A stretch of 60,357 nt of DNA, the filler included, from Sphacelaria rigidula (taxonomy: Eukaryota), in NCBI GenBank assembly GCA_964200075.2. It is 8 parts of 8 records of this genome, joined end to end, with 100 filler letters (N's around TTAATTAATTAA, not from the genome) between each part and the next. Parts side by side here need not be neighbours in the genome. Positions count along the whole stretch, not along the records: positions 1 to 7,458 come from CAXNAA020014831.1; positions 7,559 to 15,016 come from CAXNAA020014832.1; 6 more parts are not named here. One strand, written 5' to 3'. A program made the position numbers and the translations under genes. The stretch's first letter is position 1, and each line of letters starts with the position of its first letter. Shown here one piece after another: positions 1 through 12,524 of the stretch. Under the pieces are notes generated by a model, which was not told the DNA's origin, did no database searches, and was given only the letters and a program-made list of their open reading frames with translations.

Positions 1-2
1 CC

Positions 3-430
3 GGCAAAACCAACGGGAACGCTGATCTTCTTTCCCGACTACCCCTGCCGCCTACGGCCGCAGAATTTCAGCCCGGCTTGCCGTTTAACGGAACCCGATG
101 AACCTGGGACTTGCCCTGTTAGACGTTTTTCAACGCCCGTTCATGCCGTTGACCTACAGTGCCCCAAGACTGGTATGCACATGGGCGGTCTTCGCTCCTT
201 ACCATATGACGCAGTCTTGGGTGGGTTAAAGCCCACTACCTCCGATTTTGTCGATTTCCGCACTTTTGGTACTCGCTCGAAGCTTTTCACGTAGGCACTT
301 TCGGCCATCCACCTCATCTCCAACAACGCACGCTCCCGATCTGCCGCCCGCACCACCCCGCCGAGTGCTCCGCCGCCACCGATAACATATACAAATCCCA
401 CGAGCCACGCGGCACCGGTTCCACGGACCA
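3..430 (+). mobile_element. Decayed Ty3/gypsy pol fragment (RNase H end and RH-IN linker)
   Basis: The frame from nt 3 reads GKTNGNADLLSRLPLP, the N-x-x-AD-x-LSR motif that ends gypsy RNase H. After frameshifts it continues RLTEPDEP and LGGLKPTTSDFVDFRTFG. Truncated by the contig start. Confidence 0.7.
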
Positions 431-452
431 TATGCTCCTCATGACATGGATT

Positions 453-570
453 GGATACGGCCTCGATATTCTACCCAGATTTTGGGTAGATTGGGCACGG
501 TCTCAGGTACTCTACCCAATTTTGGGGTAGATTGAGTACGACCTCGAATGCTCTACCCAATATTGGGTAA
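453..570. repeat. Three ~41-bp tandem units (MITE-internal repeat; same family as 13167-13570 and 14093-14476)
   Basis: Units start at about 453, 493 and 534. Consensus is about GGGTACGACCTCAAATACTCTACCCAAATTTTGGGTAGATT, with a CTACCCA..TGGGTAG palindromic core. Confidence 0.75.
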
Positions 571-589
571 GCAATCTCAACACGGGATT

Positions 590-980
590 ACACAAATTGG
601 GGATGGGTTTTTCATTGGGGATGAGAACCCAGAGAAGAAAACCTTTCTATCTACACCAAATCTTTGAAACATGGTTTCATTTCTGGTGGATATTGACAAC
701 TGCTACACGCCATACAAATTTGGATTTCGATAACCGGAATATCGGGGTTCTAGGTGAAAAAACAATTTTGGGGGATTTAGGTGATCCGATCGGACCCCAA
801 AAGTGGTATCTTACCTAGGACCCCGACATTTCGGTTATCGAAATCCTTATTTGTATGGCGTTCAGTAGTTGTCAATCGCTACCAGCAAGTGAAGAAATGA
901 AACCATACTTCGAATATTTGGTGTGGATACGAATATTTTAGTTTTCCGGGTTTTCATCCCCTAGAAAAAATCCATCCCCT
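590..980. mobile_element. Foldback (palindromic) core of the Stowaway-like family at 39357-40338
   Basis: The arms TTGACAACTGCTACACGCCATACAAAT..GGATTTCGATAACCG and CGGTTATCGAAATCC..ATTTGTATGGCGT..AGTTGTCAA are reverse complements centred near 790. Colinear with about 39686-40100. Confidence 0.8.
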
Positions 981-1019
981 CGTGGACTGCTCGTGCTGCT
1001 GTCACTGTCAGCGTTGGCG

Positions 1020-2765
1020 CCTGTCATATCGGCGGCTCCCAGTGTAACGGGCTCTTGCTTGTGACGGAGATCGGGTTCACGTGGTTACTCGCTCCACCAC
1101 GCCTCCTCGAACTCCTCCACTCCTTTCTTAATCCCCACGTGCCATGTGCCCATCATATTCGCGATAGTGACCCAATCGTGCGAGTCCTTGACTTCCATAT
1201 GCAGAGAAACCATTTCCTTCTCTCTCCGTTGCGTGCGATAGCCCCTGAAACTCATTGATCCTCCCGAAGGCGGTCTCTCTTGTGTCGGTAAGGCCGGTCA
1301 GCCTCCTTAGGACCTCGTGCGTTGGCCACCCCAACATGGTACTCTTTGGGATTCGTGTTTCATCCTATCGGATAGGGACCCCTGCAAACTGATGTTGACG
1401 CTCGCGGATGATCGCCTCGATATGCTCGCAGTCGATCATCATGAAAGTAACTTCGTTTGGAAAATCCTGTGTTTACTGCTAAGTCCCCTGCAGAAGCGAA
1501 AACCCGCTGAAAGTGAAACCTCGTGGAGGGCGGTGCTCAGGCTTTCAAAGTCTTCTGGATGCAGCGTCCATACATCACATTCGTACAGAATAGCTTCTAC
1601 CAGCTCCGCTTTGAGCAGACAATTTTTGAGAGAGGCAGGCGTTGGGCCGATCGCAAAGTTCGGAATCATACGTTCGAGGGCCTGTCCATGCAGCGCTGAT
1701 GTGTTGCCTTATTTCGATGGAATTATTCGCGTCTGCGCTGACAGCATCACCGAGGAAGATAAAGACCGTCGTCTGCTTTTACCATCAACCTGTCACCTTG
1801 ACGTAGACAGACTCTACAGTAGGGGTGCCCTCTTTAGTCCAAAAGCATTTTGAGGCTGCACGCAAAGGCCCAGATGTTTGTCATACAGACGCTCCGACAG
1901 TGCAAAACGCCAGGAAAAAAACGTGTACCCCTACCATGAAACTACTCCGTACAGTGCGGCCTCTGGGGAGTTAGGTGGTGACCACAAACCCTGTGTTTCC
2001 CCCAAAACTTGCCTCATACCGATAATCTAAACTTCTGATCGATCACCACTATCACAGCCATCATCACAGTACGACTCTCCGGAGATCTCGAGGCTACGCC
2101 TGCACCATCCGCACACGGCATTCCTCACACCGCGCACCGCAGCCTCTCTAGCGCCGTCTCCTCGGGGCTGCCCTCCTCCCTTTTGGTGCATCATCGAGAT
2201 GTACTGTGCCAAGGGCTGATGCGATGGCCGGATCGGCTACGAAACGCAGTAGGATCATGTCGAATACTGCCGCGCCACAGATTGGTGAGCAGCAACGAGG
2301 ACGAGACGCATCCTTACCTGAGTCCCTGGCGGACATGGAACCACTCTGGTATCTCGCCATCTGTTTAGCTGTATTCGAGCTCGAAGGACGTGAGCACGCA
2401 CGGACGACCGTGATCATCCCCGGTAAACTTTGAAACTCCGAAATGGGCAGATACTTCCCTCAAGAACGTGCGGCGTGCGGAGTCGTGCGCTTTCTAATGG
2501 TCGTAGAAGCACACGGTCAACGAAGTAGTGCTCGCCAGTCCCAACTGCTCCAGTCGGCGTATGAAGAACGACGAACATCATACCGATGGATGATCGTTCG
2601 CGCTAGAATCCGCACAGTCATTCCGGGGAAATGGTGGCCTTATCGTCGATCCTACCTAGTTTATTGGCGACGATTTTGAGGAGAGCTTCACCAGCATGGC
2701 ATGATCCACGAGGAAGATGCCCCCGTCACTGCCACGGTCGGTCCTATCCTCCTTGTTGTGTAATA
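1020..2765 (-). mobile_element. Decayed RTE-like LINE (RT domain through C-terminus)
   Basis: Minus-strand translation across stops and frameshifts: LHNKEDRT..GIFLVDHA..LLKIVANKL..CGF.RERSSIGMMFVV; GMPCADGAGVASRSP (degenerate YADD); FIFLGDAVS; AILYECDVW; CEHIEAIIRERQHQFAG. Confidence 0.85.
1813..1940. mobile_element. Short MITE (GTAGGGGTGCAC TIR family) inserted in the LINE
   Basis: CTACAGTAGGGGTGCCC at the left end and GTGTACCCCTACCATG at the right end. Same TIR family as 12394-12524 and 19910-20152. Confidence 0.6.
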
Positions 2766-3439
2766 CCCTGATAGTAGTGTCCTTTACTACTAGAGCACCT
2801 CGCTGAACGTTCAAATAATAACGTTTATTCTGTGCAAGGGACGCAAGATTTTACAGGCTACCCGACGAACCCAAGCCTGAGGAATTCAGCGAGGAGCCCG
2901 TTCAATCCCCGCGCTTTGCCGAAGTCATTGCTCTCTCATTACCTCCATTTTCATTTAGGATCAGCGAGTCTCCAAAGTGACATAGCTCTCAGCCGTGGCG
3001 CAATTCTGGCGATGACAGTTGGATCGGTAGGTGCTGATGTTGCATTGGCGGAATAAACAAGTACCGTTACCATATATCACAGGTAAGACCCTTGTGCAGC
3101 AGCAGTTTCCCATCCTCGTCCTTGGTGCGGTACTCGTTTTCTCCAGCTTCCTTCTGCCTACCCTCTATCCTCCTTTCATGCGCCCGTTCTCGCGTCACGT
3201 ATCCCGGATAGTTCATGTTTTTCTATTATTATTCCTGTCGTTGTCGTTTGCTACACCTGCCTTCTTTCTCCTAACAATTGATGGCAGACGCAGAACTCGC
3301 CTTTGGGGTTTCAACGTCGTGAACTCTAATAATTCCTTATTTGGATTAAAATACGAGAACTAGTAGAGTTCACGCAAATATTCGACTATCTTGAGCACGC
3401 CTCCACGATGAGAAACTGCCATTCCAAATACCTCCAGTG

Positions 3440-4015
3440 AGTAATGCCGCGATAGCCTCCTCGAGAAAGTGGCTGGTTTGAGGGGCAAAATCATGATGTG
3501 AACCACAACGAAAAAAGTCGAGCACACCGAGCAGCTGGTGATTCCCACGATTGGGATCGGCTTTGCTAATGTTGCCCACATGAGGGACTTCACGTAGTCT
3601 GAAATCGGCCATCCCGCGTTGAGTGGGCATTCTCCTCGTGATAGTTTTGGATCTGGTTTAGGGGGGGGGGGCTATCGCGGCGTCACTCCAGTAGAGAGCG
3701 TTGAGGCTTCGCGTAAACGTACGTCTCCCCAAACATTATCCTGCATGGGCACGGGGGGGGGGAGGTAAGCGAACGCTAGGATCTGGACTTTCACCCGCAA
3801 TTCAATAAGCATATTTTTTATAAATGGGGGGAGTGCAGCGGAGTAATACCGCGACAGCCCTCTCCAGAAAAAGTTGCTGGGTTGAGGAGGCAAAATCTCT
3901 GTGTGAATTAAAAGGACAAAAGCCGACCATATCAAGCAGCTGGGAACTCCCACGCTTAGGGTAGTCTTCGTCGAAGTCACCCATATAGGGGGCGCTTCAG
4001 GCAGTCAGAAACCAG
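3440..4015. repeat. Two diverged direct repeats of ~170 bp (about 3440-3610 and 3841-4015)
   Basis: GAGTAATGCCGCGATAGCC..GAGGGGCAAAATC..AGCAGCTGG..TCCCACG aligns with GAGTAATACCGCGACAGCC..GAGGAGGCAAAATC..AGCAGCTGG..TCCCACG. Confidence 0.65.
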
Positions 4016-4252
4016 CTAAATCGCGATGTATGCCCGTTTTCTTTGTGACAGTTTTGGGAGTTGGTGTAGAGGAGGATATATTGCGGTATCACTCAGGGGT
4101 ACACTATCCGAAATTCCAGTCTACGACTATCCTCATCTCTAGTGTAATAACTTGCAGGTATTGCACCTCTCTCGCATGTATGCACGCATGTGTGCCGAAC
4201 AAGAACAGAAAAAATTCCGCGGACGCATGGAGAGAGACGCACACAGAGCCTC

Positions 4253-4623
4253 GGTTGGCTGTTGTACTTCGTCATCCAACTTGTCCTAGACGTCAGTCTA
4301 CATCTTTCCGTATATGTGGGCGCATCAGCCGGGGTCACAGGGCGAAGGCCAACACAGGAAAAATGTGTTCAGCTTTATCAATGATACTCCACCGCCCTTC
4401 TGCGGCGCTTGCCTTGATCTTGTCGGGAGAGGGCATCAGCGGTCCCTTACCTCGTCGACCGTCAAGTCGAATGTTGTGTACCCTTGACATGGTTGCTTTC
4501 AACGGTTGGGCATGGTGTGAGAAAAAATCCCAGATAGATTCTGTGACTTCGCCGAGATTCGAACCCACCACTCAACCGCCAGAAGGTGTCCAGATTGCCA
4601 ACTGAGCCACCGGTGCTACCGGT
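4253..4623 (-). mobile_element. tRNA-derived SINE, copy 1
   Basis: The minus-strand head has an A-box (TGGCTCAGTTGG) and a B-box (GGTTCGAATCTC). A ~290-bp body is shared with the adjacent copy. Confidence 0.8.
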
Positions 4624-4636
4624 ACACCTCTTTCTG

Positions 4637-4997
4637 GGTGTTTTGTGTTGTTGTCTCATCTATTCTGAACGCCGGTCTACTACAATCGGTAAATGTGGGC
4701 GCACCAGCCGGGGTCACACAGGAGGAAGGTCAACACAGGAGTTTTTCTTTTATGTTTGTTTTTAGTACCCCACCTTCCTTCTGCGGTGCTTGCCTTTTTA
4801 TTTTCTATCACGAGAGGGGCTCAGCAGTTCCTTTCCCTCGTCGACCGTCAAGTCGAATTTTGTGTACCCACGACATGGTCGCTCTCCACTGATGGGCGTG
4901 GTGTGAGAAAAAATCCCGGATCGCTCTGAGATTTGAACCCACGACCCAACCGTCAGAAAGTTTCGCGGTTACCAACTGAGCCACCGAAGCGACCGGC
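4637..4997 (-). mobile_element. tRNA-derived SINE, copy 2
   Basis: A-box TGGCTCAGTTGG and B-box GGTTCAAATCTC. The body is colinear with copy 1 (CCTCGTCGACCGTCAAGTCGAAT is shared) and ends in a CA/A-rich tail. Confidence 0.8.
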
Positions 4998-5518
4998 TAT
5001 TTGTGTATACGTATAACTACCGTAGGCCTCATACTGCGTCATTATTTGCGCCAAGCACGATCATGGCCAAGCGTTCAAGATCGGCACCCGGCAAACATTG
5101 AGGATCGGTTAAAAATCAGGTGTAGAACCACAACATGGGACATGTCTTGCTTCTCCGTACTGTAGCACAAACACACCCATGCACTCTTTCATGTGCTGTA
5201 TCACGCAAGTCTTCTCCTGCATCACAGAATAAATAGAAACAACACCCCTCGACATCGCACAGGAACGCAGACAAAAACTTTGAGAAGACGATTTCCTTCA
5301 GTAACATCAGTTACTAATTTCTGAGTCGACGGGCTTACTGGCAGAAGTACTGACGAGGAGCAGGGTAGGTGGGCATGTACTCTAGACACGCGAGATACGT
5401 GTTCGCGCGACATTGACTAGGGCATGTTGTGTTCGTCCGTTGCATTACTACAATAAAAATAAATTTTCTCGTCAGGGACTCGAGGAAGTAGAGAGGAAAC
5501 AACGACAGCGCGAAAGTA

Positions 5519-7038
5519 CAGGCTGGTTCAGGCATATAACCCAAAAAACACTCATTGGCAAAATCTCACGTCGTTTTAAGGAGTTAGATCCTGAAATTTT
5601 GCACAGATGTGCACTGGGGCATCCCGCAACTTTCGAAGGTCGAGGTTTTTCGATTTTTTTTACTTTTTCATCGTTTTTCGGGCGTCCCAGTTTTTTCCGG
5701 GAAACATCGATCCAATCGGACCCCCGTAAAACGGTAAAGAAAAAAAACTCGAAAAACCTCGTTCATCCAAAGTTCCGTAATGACCCATAGCACATTTGTG
5801 CACAGTTTCAGGGTCTAACTCCTTAAAACGGCGTGAGGTTTTCTGCTTGTTTGTGTGCGATGAACTTTGCCGTGCCGCGGTGAAACCGCTAACTACTTGA
5901 ATTTAGTACGAAAGCGGCGTTTTTGGGCTTTTTTTGGCTTGAACATGAAAATTCAAGCATCAGTCGATCGAGTTTTGCGACAAAAGTGTGTGGGACCCTT
6001 CCTCGGGTTATGCGGGGACAGATTGCTCACGAAAAAATTGAAAAAATATCGTCGTGCCGGTTTTTCCCGGGTCCCACAATGGAGACTACTTGGAAAAACG
6101 ACTTGGACCCCCGTCGGATCCCCGAAAAACGGTGGAAAATTCAAGAAGTGAAAAATCATGATCCATGAAAATTTGCGTAACGATACGTAACATATTTTGC
6201 AAAGTTTCAGGATCTAACTCCCAATAACGGCGTGAAGGTTTGCGCGTTTTTGGAGGACGTGGGCTTGAAACGTGCAACTTCTAACTACTTGGTTTTAGTA
6301 TTAAAACGTCTTTTGAGGTGCACTTTAGGCCAAGGCAAGAAAAACTGTATGAGGTTTTCGATTTTCTCCACCAAACTTTGTACACGTGTTCCTTGGACGA
6401 TCCCAGGACGCATCATTTTCCTTTTTTTCTTTGAGGGCATTCTGTACCGCCTTCCGGGGGTCTTCATACTGGGACCCTCGGAAGCCGGTAGAAAACGTAG
6501 GAACCATGAAATATGGTCAAGAACACCATTTTCCCATTTGGAGCATCAATATCCACGGAACTGCCAGGTTTGAGGGCGATCTGAGCTTTTCTACAATAGA
6601 TATAGGGGACACCGTCATGAGGCTCCCTGGGTCTTTCGTGCGTGTCATTGGCGGACATTGGACGACGCCAACACCCGACATCACCGAAACATCGCGGTTT
6701 CGGGTATAATTCGACCCCGTAGTAAGCGTTTTCATTTTTTATTCGTTAGATCCCGAGCCGATGACGGTGACAAAGATTTGAGATATGTGGAGATTGGCTG
6801 CAAATTTGGCCCAGAGTTCGTAGTTTCGATCTCGGAACAATTTGACGGGCCCTGATTGGTCGATATACCATTTCGCCCTTAGCGCCACCACTATGGCCTA
6901 ATACTCAAATCCGGCTATGTCACGCTCATCAGCCGTACATGGCGGTCAGTACAATATCATGCATACGACTATTGGGTAGGTATTGCGAAAGGCATTTGCT
7001 GATGACACAACTTTGGGCGATAGGCGTGAACCAGCCTG
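5519..7038. mobile_element. Non-autonomous Tc1/mariner-like element, 1520 bp
   Basis: TA|CAGGCTGGTTCAGGCATATAACCCAAA at the left end and TTTGGGCGATAGGCGTGAACCAGCCTG|TA at the right end, giving a TA TSD. Homologous partial copies lie at 31050-34347 and 52960-53514. Confidence 0.85.
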
Positions 7039-7354
7039 TAGCCTATTTTTTTTTTTTTAACGCGGTGCTCCCCCGTTGCGCACAGTCAATCGATGTCGGG
7101 GAGGACCGGTTCGAGGGGTACTTCTGTGCGTCTGCAGTCGGCCTTGCTGTTTCTCGATCGAATTCACCCTGTGTGAATCCATCACACACGCCTCATAAGA
7201 TGTGAGATCATGGTTCACATAATTATAATGACACCCAGACAACACAGACAGACGAGATAGGCGAGGGTATAGTGTCGAAGCGGGTAGATGGATAATCACG
7301 TGTCTTTTTAGACGTCAAAATATGTAGAGACGAGTGATGCCGCGATAACCTCGC

Positions 7355-7386
<32 letters not shown>

Positions 7387-7458
7387 AAAAAAAAACCCCC
7401 CCACACCGGCAAAAAAAATATTAGCGCTAAAAACGCAAACAGAGGAGAAAAAGAAGAA

Positions 7459-7558
7459 NNNNNNNNNNNNNNNNNNNNNNNNNNNNNNNNNNNNNNNNNN
7501 NNTTAATTAATTAANNNNNNNNNNNNNNNNNNNNNNNNNNNNNNNNNNNNNNNNNNNN
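7459..7558. other. Artificial scaffold linker
   Basis: N44 + TTAATTAATTAA (stop codons in all six frames) + N44. Confidence 0.99.
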
Positions 7559-7640
7559 GGGGCGTACTCATTTGTTGCTTGCCTTAGTCGTTTGACCATT
7601 GACCACGCATCCCTTTCGAGACGGAGCACCGTGTCTAACC
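7559..7640 (-). mobile_element. 5'-truncated LINE 3' end (C-tract family A)
   Basis: Reverse complement of CGGTGCTCCGTCTCGAAAGGGATGCGTGGTCAATGGTCAAACGACTAAGGCAAGCAACAAATGAGTACGCCCC. G-runs lie on both sides. Confidence 0.85.
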
Positions 7641-9437
7641 AGGGGGGGGAGGGGTATTTGATAACTGATGAGTACAACCACGAGACGCTACCCCTCGGCC
7701 CAATCTCTCCGAAGAAAGCTCGCGACCACCTTTTGCGGACAATTCTCAGCCTCTCAGCCACCTTGACAGTTTGCGACTGATTTGGGATCGCTTTGCTAGT
7801 TACCGTACTCCACCGCTCGTAGAGTAAATTGAGCAAAAGTTTGTCATTTCCAAAATCCTCCTGAACTGTGTATCCATTCATATCGTGATGACATTACGGT
7901 ACATGCTGTCAGGATCACTGTCTCGCGGTGGGTTTGTTGGTAGTTGAACATATATCAACATTTCAGCACAGTAAAAGACAGGTCTACCGATCGGTGCCAA
8001 AGTTTTACATTTCATGCATGGCATTTTCGAGAGATCGACGGAGGTCTCAATACGGACTGGACTGGTTTGACAAATACTCCTCTCTAGTAATAGATGTTGG
8101 CACCTACCCGCGTGGTGAGCACACAATGGTGAGTGATTCAAGTTCGAACCTCGGAACATTGGTACCAAGCCTACCTACTAACGCACATTTGGGCGTGCGT
8201 CTCCAAGACCCGCCTGAGTTGTTCGGCGGTGCCCCGGCGGGTGTGGAGTAATTGTGCTTCCGGCAAAAACAGATGAAAAAACAGCAGATATCCACCAAAA
8301 TTGTCTGTTCTGATGAGCCTGATCAGTTCATCCACTTACTGTGCAAATTGAATGGTCGCATTCGGAAGATTACACATGTTCAATCAAACATCGAAGCCCT
8401 CATATTGTAAACAAAATGAAAACATTTCGCAGACGTTTTCATCGTGGTGGCGGCAGTTTTGATCGGTGTTTTTTCGTGTCATCTAAAACTACACCGTATA
8501 CTCGTATAAACTTGAACATATTGATCGCCATTTGGTGATGTGCCGAAATTTTCTCGCGCTTGCGTCATCCTGCGCATGGAGATGATAAGCCATGCTTACT
8601 ACGGACTGATATTCCGAGGGACAAAAGGATGACACCGCAACGAGCAGAGTGGGACCCGTGGAAAGATATAACGGGCAGCATGACTAGGTTTCTCCGGCTT
8701 TGACCTCTCGCGCATAACCCACTATGAGGCCACTTCAGGGCGTTTTACGGTCGGCTGCATGTGTTGAGAAAACACAGGAGATATGTCATATTTGTAGGGG
8801 CGGGAGTTGGCACGACTCACGACTGAGGTGACCAGCCTAAAATGAGGAAGCGGCCATCAGCCAGACCTTGCCATATATTTACAACCTCCACGGACCCGAG
8901 GTCTCGACGTTCGACGTGCCCAATTCCATTGTTTTTCATCACGATACATGAGAAGAGGAGTCGTGGCCATGATCAAACACAATTCCGAACGTCAAATTAA
9001 GAATATTTCAAAGCCTTAAGTTCAGTTTTTGGGGACCCTGTTTTCCCAACAACTGGCGGGGACGCTTCGTGTAACTCGCATGACGTGCCGTCAAATTGGC
9101 AACCGTATGCCGTGCAGCACACTAACCCCACATCTGCTACCCGGAAAGATCTACCTCGCAGACGTCCGCCTGCACATAAATTCGATAGAAGGTTAGCAAC
9201 TCACCTCCACTGCCCAGCGATCCAACAGCTCCGCACCGAGGGCACCGACAAGGTGGTCCTGAAGTGCCTTGGCGGCCTGCAAACTGCCCTCTTGCGACAA
9301 CGCCCGTCCGAGTATGCTGTGCTCAGAACGCAGAGAGGAAGGAAGTGTGCCGACAGTTCTTCCATTCGTCAGGTTTTAGTTAGGAAACAAGCTTGATTGG
9401 CCGACAGAAGTTGGTCGGCGAGTGACATCACCTACGA

Positions 9438-10351
9438 CCCAAGGGCGCCCAGGAAAATTTTTCCTGGACCCACACTCACATTTTTGAATTTGGGGCTGAT
9501 TGAGGGGGGGGGGGGGGGGGCAATTTGTTCTATTGTATGGGATTTAGACTGGGCACACTAAAACGTATATTGATTTTACACTATGTACTATTTAGTATGC
9601 CTATTCTACACCCTATATAGTCTATATCTGTTTTGTATGGGTTTCAGACCATGCACACTCAAGGCTTTATATTGAGCACGTAAATAGTTCTGCCGCTCCA
9701 TACCAAAACAAACGCGGTCACCACGGAAGCGAACCCGGCAAGTACACATAAAGTAGTAGCGACCCAGCCAGGGAAACCCTCCTCAAGAAGAGTACATACA
9801 TAGGTTAAGTATGCCTTGTCTATGTATGGCCAATACACTTCAATGTGTAACCGAACTTGTACAGTCTACAAAGTAGCCAGTGTCGAGAGTCTACAGATGT
9901 GTACGCGATGGCGGTCATTACATGTATAGGTTTGAGAGTACCGCGCGCGGTGATCTTGATGGTCTTCTTCCATCTGCGGAGAGACGTGTCTTTAAGGAGG
10001 ACGAGCCGACCACACATCCCTACCGTACGTGGCCCAAGAACGGGGGGCCGTAACAACTTGTTTTTTTCAACTGTCAACTTTTGCCGACTGCATACATACT
10101 TCACGTACACTTGCGATTCGTCTACGCATCGTCTACAAAAGTTACTGTGAAGTCGTTGCTGGCACTGGTTTGCTCAAAAAAGAATCGGAAACAACAAAAA
10201 CCTCCGTCTATACCATTCCGGGAACGTCTTGCTGAGCACTGGCGCCCCAAAGGCTCAGAAATAAGTGTTCAGTTTGAGCAAAACGTTGGGAATCAGGAGG
10301 TGCTGAGCGGGGGGGGGGTGGTCCAGATTTTTTTTTCTGAGCGCCCTTGGG
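9438..10351. mobile_element. Non-autonomous TIR element, ~914 bp
   Basis: Left end CCCAAGGGCGCCCAGGAAAA..CTGGACC; right end GGTCCAGA..TTTTCTGAGCGCCCTTGGG. Flanks are ACGA and ATGA. Confidence 0.65.
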
Positions 10352-11499
10352 ATGATTCATAATTTCTTCGTTTTTAGGGGGGTTCGAACGTAAGATGAAC
10401 ACGAATGTTACTATTACTAGCCCGTGTCTTACTTTTTTCAGTTCAATTAGTAGAAGTGTGCTTTGAAACTTGAAAAGAAGTGCAAACGCATGCGAAAAAA
10501 ACAGAGCCTTCATTTCATCTTTCTCCACTGTACCACCACGTCCTAAACCGGTGAAGAAGCGGTGAAAAAACTCGTCCCACTTTTTTGTGGTTCATTAGGC
10601 CCTCGGCGCTCGCGAGGCTCTACACAAAATTCTGACGACACAAGTACCACACCTAGGCTGGAAATTGGGCTGCAGCATACTGTTCCGAATATCGCACAGG
10701 TCGGTTTCTGGACGTTCCATGCTCACCTCAATTGTAAGAGTTGGAGTTCAAAATTTGATACGGATAATCGATAGGACACAACAAAAAAAGCTGACATGAC
10801 CAATGAGTTTCGTTTTTATTTCATGATTGAAGGTGAAGACAATTATCAGTTTTCAGTCATCATTAAAATGCCGGTAGCTCATGACAAAAGAAAAAAATGA
10901 TTCGTGACCAGTACAGCATCCATGACATCTTCAAGGTACATGCACCAGGACGTGCTAGCGTTATACATTCACGACAAGTTGAGTGTATTTTCCCGCCGCC
11001 GCCGAGTGAATGTGTCATGAGCAATATTTCGCATTCGCAGTTGCCGGGGGTAGTTCTGGTTCAGCATAACTACCCTTGACGGTAACCCCCCCCCTACCGC
11101 CCCACAGGATGGACCACAAGAGCACTCTTAAATCGATTTCCGCCCGAGTAGTTTCGCATTTCGAATAAAAAAGCAAAGGCTCTCCTCCGAAGAGGCAAGA
11201 TGGATGTACGCAGGCGTCCACACCTGGGCAAATATGAATATTTTTAGTTTGTTTTATTTTATTTATTGTCGCGTTGTGAGAAGGTTAGTGGTAAATGCCG
11301 GCTAGACCTGCTATTACGTCAAAGGGCTGGAGGCGTGCTTGCGCGGGGACGCGCCCAGACGTTTGAGTAATAACCGCAGAGAGAATCCAGGGTAATTGTC
11401 ATTTAGAACGTACATACTCTTTTCTGTACGTGCTCCCCGGCGTACTGCATGTAAAATATGTTATATTTCATCCCTCCTCATCGTGGGGACTCCAGAGAC

Positions 11500-12390
11500 G
11501 CCAAGGTTAATTGAAAAATTGGGTGTGATGCCCTATCCCAAATACTGTCGTCGTTGCTGACTTTGTCGTGCATCTCATGCCGCCAGACAAACTCATCCGT
11601 TACACACTGCTCGTGGTTTGGTGGACTTCTTCATGCTGCAGATTGATTGTACAAACTTTCTGTGACCGCTTTTTCGAGGTCTCCTTCGGACGTGGACGCA
11701 ACAAGATCGCCGAACTGGAAGTCCGGATCCGTGACGTGTTCCGCTGCGGTAAAAGGAACCTACTTTCGAGGTGTGTATCACCTAGCCCGAAGTTGGGTAC
11801 ATGTCTGTAATCGCCTCGGTCGGCGGCCCATGATCGTAATGCTTTGAAATGTGAATGTGTCACGTACTCTGCATTCGTTCCCGATTTTGGGTTGGAGGTT
11901 ATTCGGCTAGGCGTGAGGCTTTTCACCAGACTCTTGCCTTGATATTCATAATTCCACCTCGCCACCCTTTTTCCCTGAGCCCACTTCTAATTGCGCTCCT
12001 CCACCACTCTCGCCCTCCGCATGAAAAAAACAGATATTTCTGCCTGTAGTTCTCTCAGCTTTCAACATAGTCCAAGTCGAGCCTCTGCCCCGTGGGGACG
12101 ATGGGGGAGTTGATAAATCCATTCCGACGCAGATTACGTCGAAGATGATCTCCGTCTTCGGAGAAGATGGGGGAAGCAAGTTTAAGAAGGTCGGAGATGG
12201 GGTGGACGATCCTGTGAGTTAATATCGGTATCGTAGTTTCTGCCTCCACTGTTGTCTCATGTATGTTCTGTATATTCGGTTGACACTGGTTGTAGAGGGG
12301 CTGATACACTATACCCCTCTGCACCGCTACATCCCCCTCCACGCGTCATCCCCAGCTGTCCTCTAACAAAGTTGCCACCCTCGTCACGAG
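11500..12390 (-). mobile_element. Highly decayed Ty3/gypsy RT remnant
   Basis: Degenerate motifs occur in RT order across frames: IVYQPLY (cf. PIxQxPYR), IVHP..LASP, YQGKSLVKSLTPSRITSNP (cf. GxYEFxxMPFGLxNAP), GLPVRRSCCVH..SGH (cf. GLxLxxxKCxF..LGH), RQYLG. No intact catalytic motif. Confidence 0.45.
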
Positions 12391-12393
12391 CAC

Positions 12394-12524
12394 TGCCACG
12401 GTAGGGGTGCACTTTTATTTTTGTGGGGCTCTTTGCTATAGGATGCTGTTGATGACAAATGTCTGGGCCTGACTGTGCAACCTCAAAAATCGTTTGGACT
12501 GAAAAGTGCACCCCTACTGTGGCA
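12394..12524. mobile_element. 131-bp MITE
   Basis: 23-bp TIR with one mismatch: TGCCACGGTAGGGGTGCACTTTT and AAAAGTGCACCCCTACTGTGGCA. Confidence 0.85.

Noticed and set aside
453..570. Palindromic ~41-bp repeats as a CRISPR array (also 13167-14476)
   Set aside because: The units are contiguous and degenerate, with no unique spacers and no cas genes, and they sit inside MITE TIRs.
1317..1853. 178-aa plus-strand ORF (likewise minus-strand 37068-37496)
   Set aside because: Both are antisense to decayed RTE-like LINE sequence.
4540..4997. tRNA genes
   Set aside because: A and B boxes are present, but I see no convincing cloverleaf and both heads are attached to a shared SINE body.
7503..7514. 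Regularly spaced TTAATTAATTAA as a biological repeat
   Set aside because: It is a synthetic six-frame stop linker embedded in Ns.
7640..9420. Host exons or endogenous phaeovirus genes (also 20590-22050, 34540-35200 and 42590-43450)
   Set aside because: The ORFs are short and stop-riddled, with no recognisable domain or supportable splice structure.
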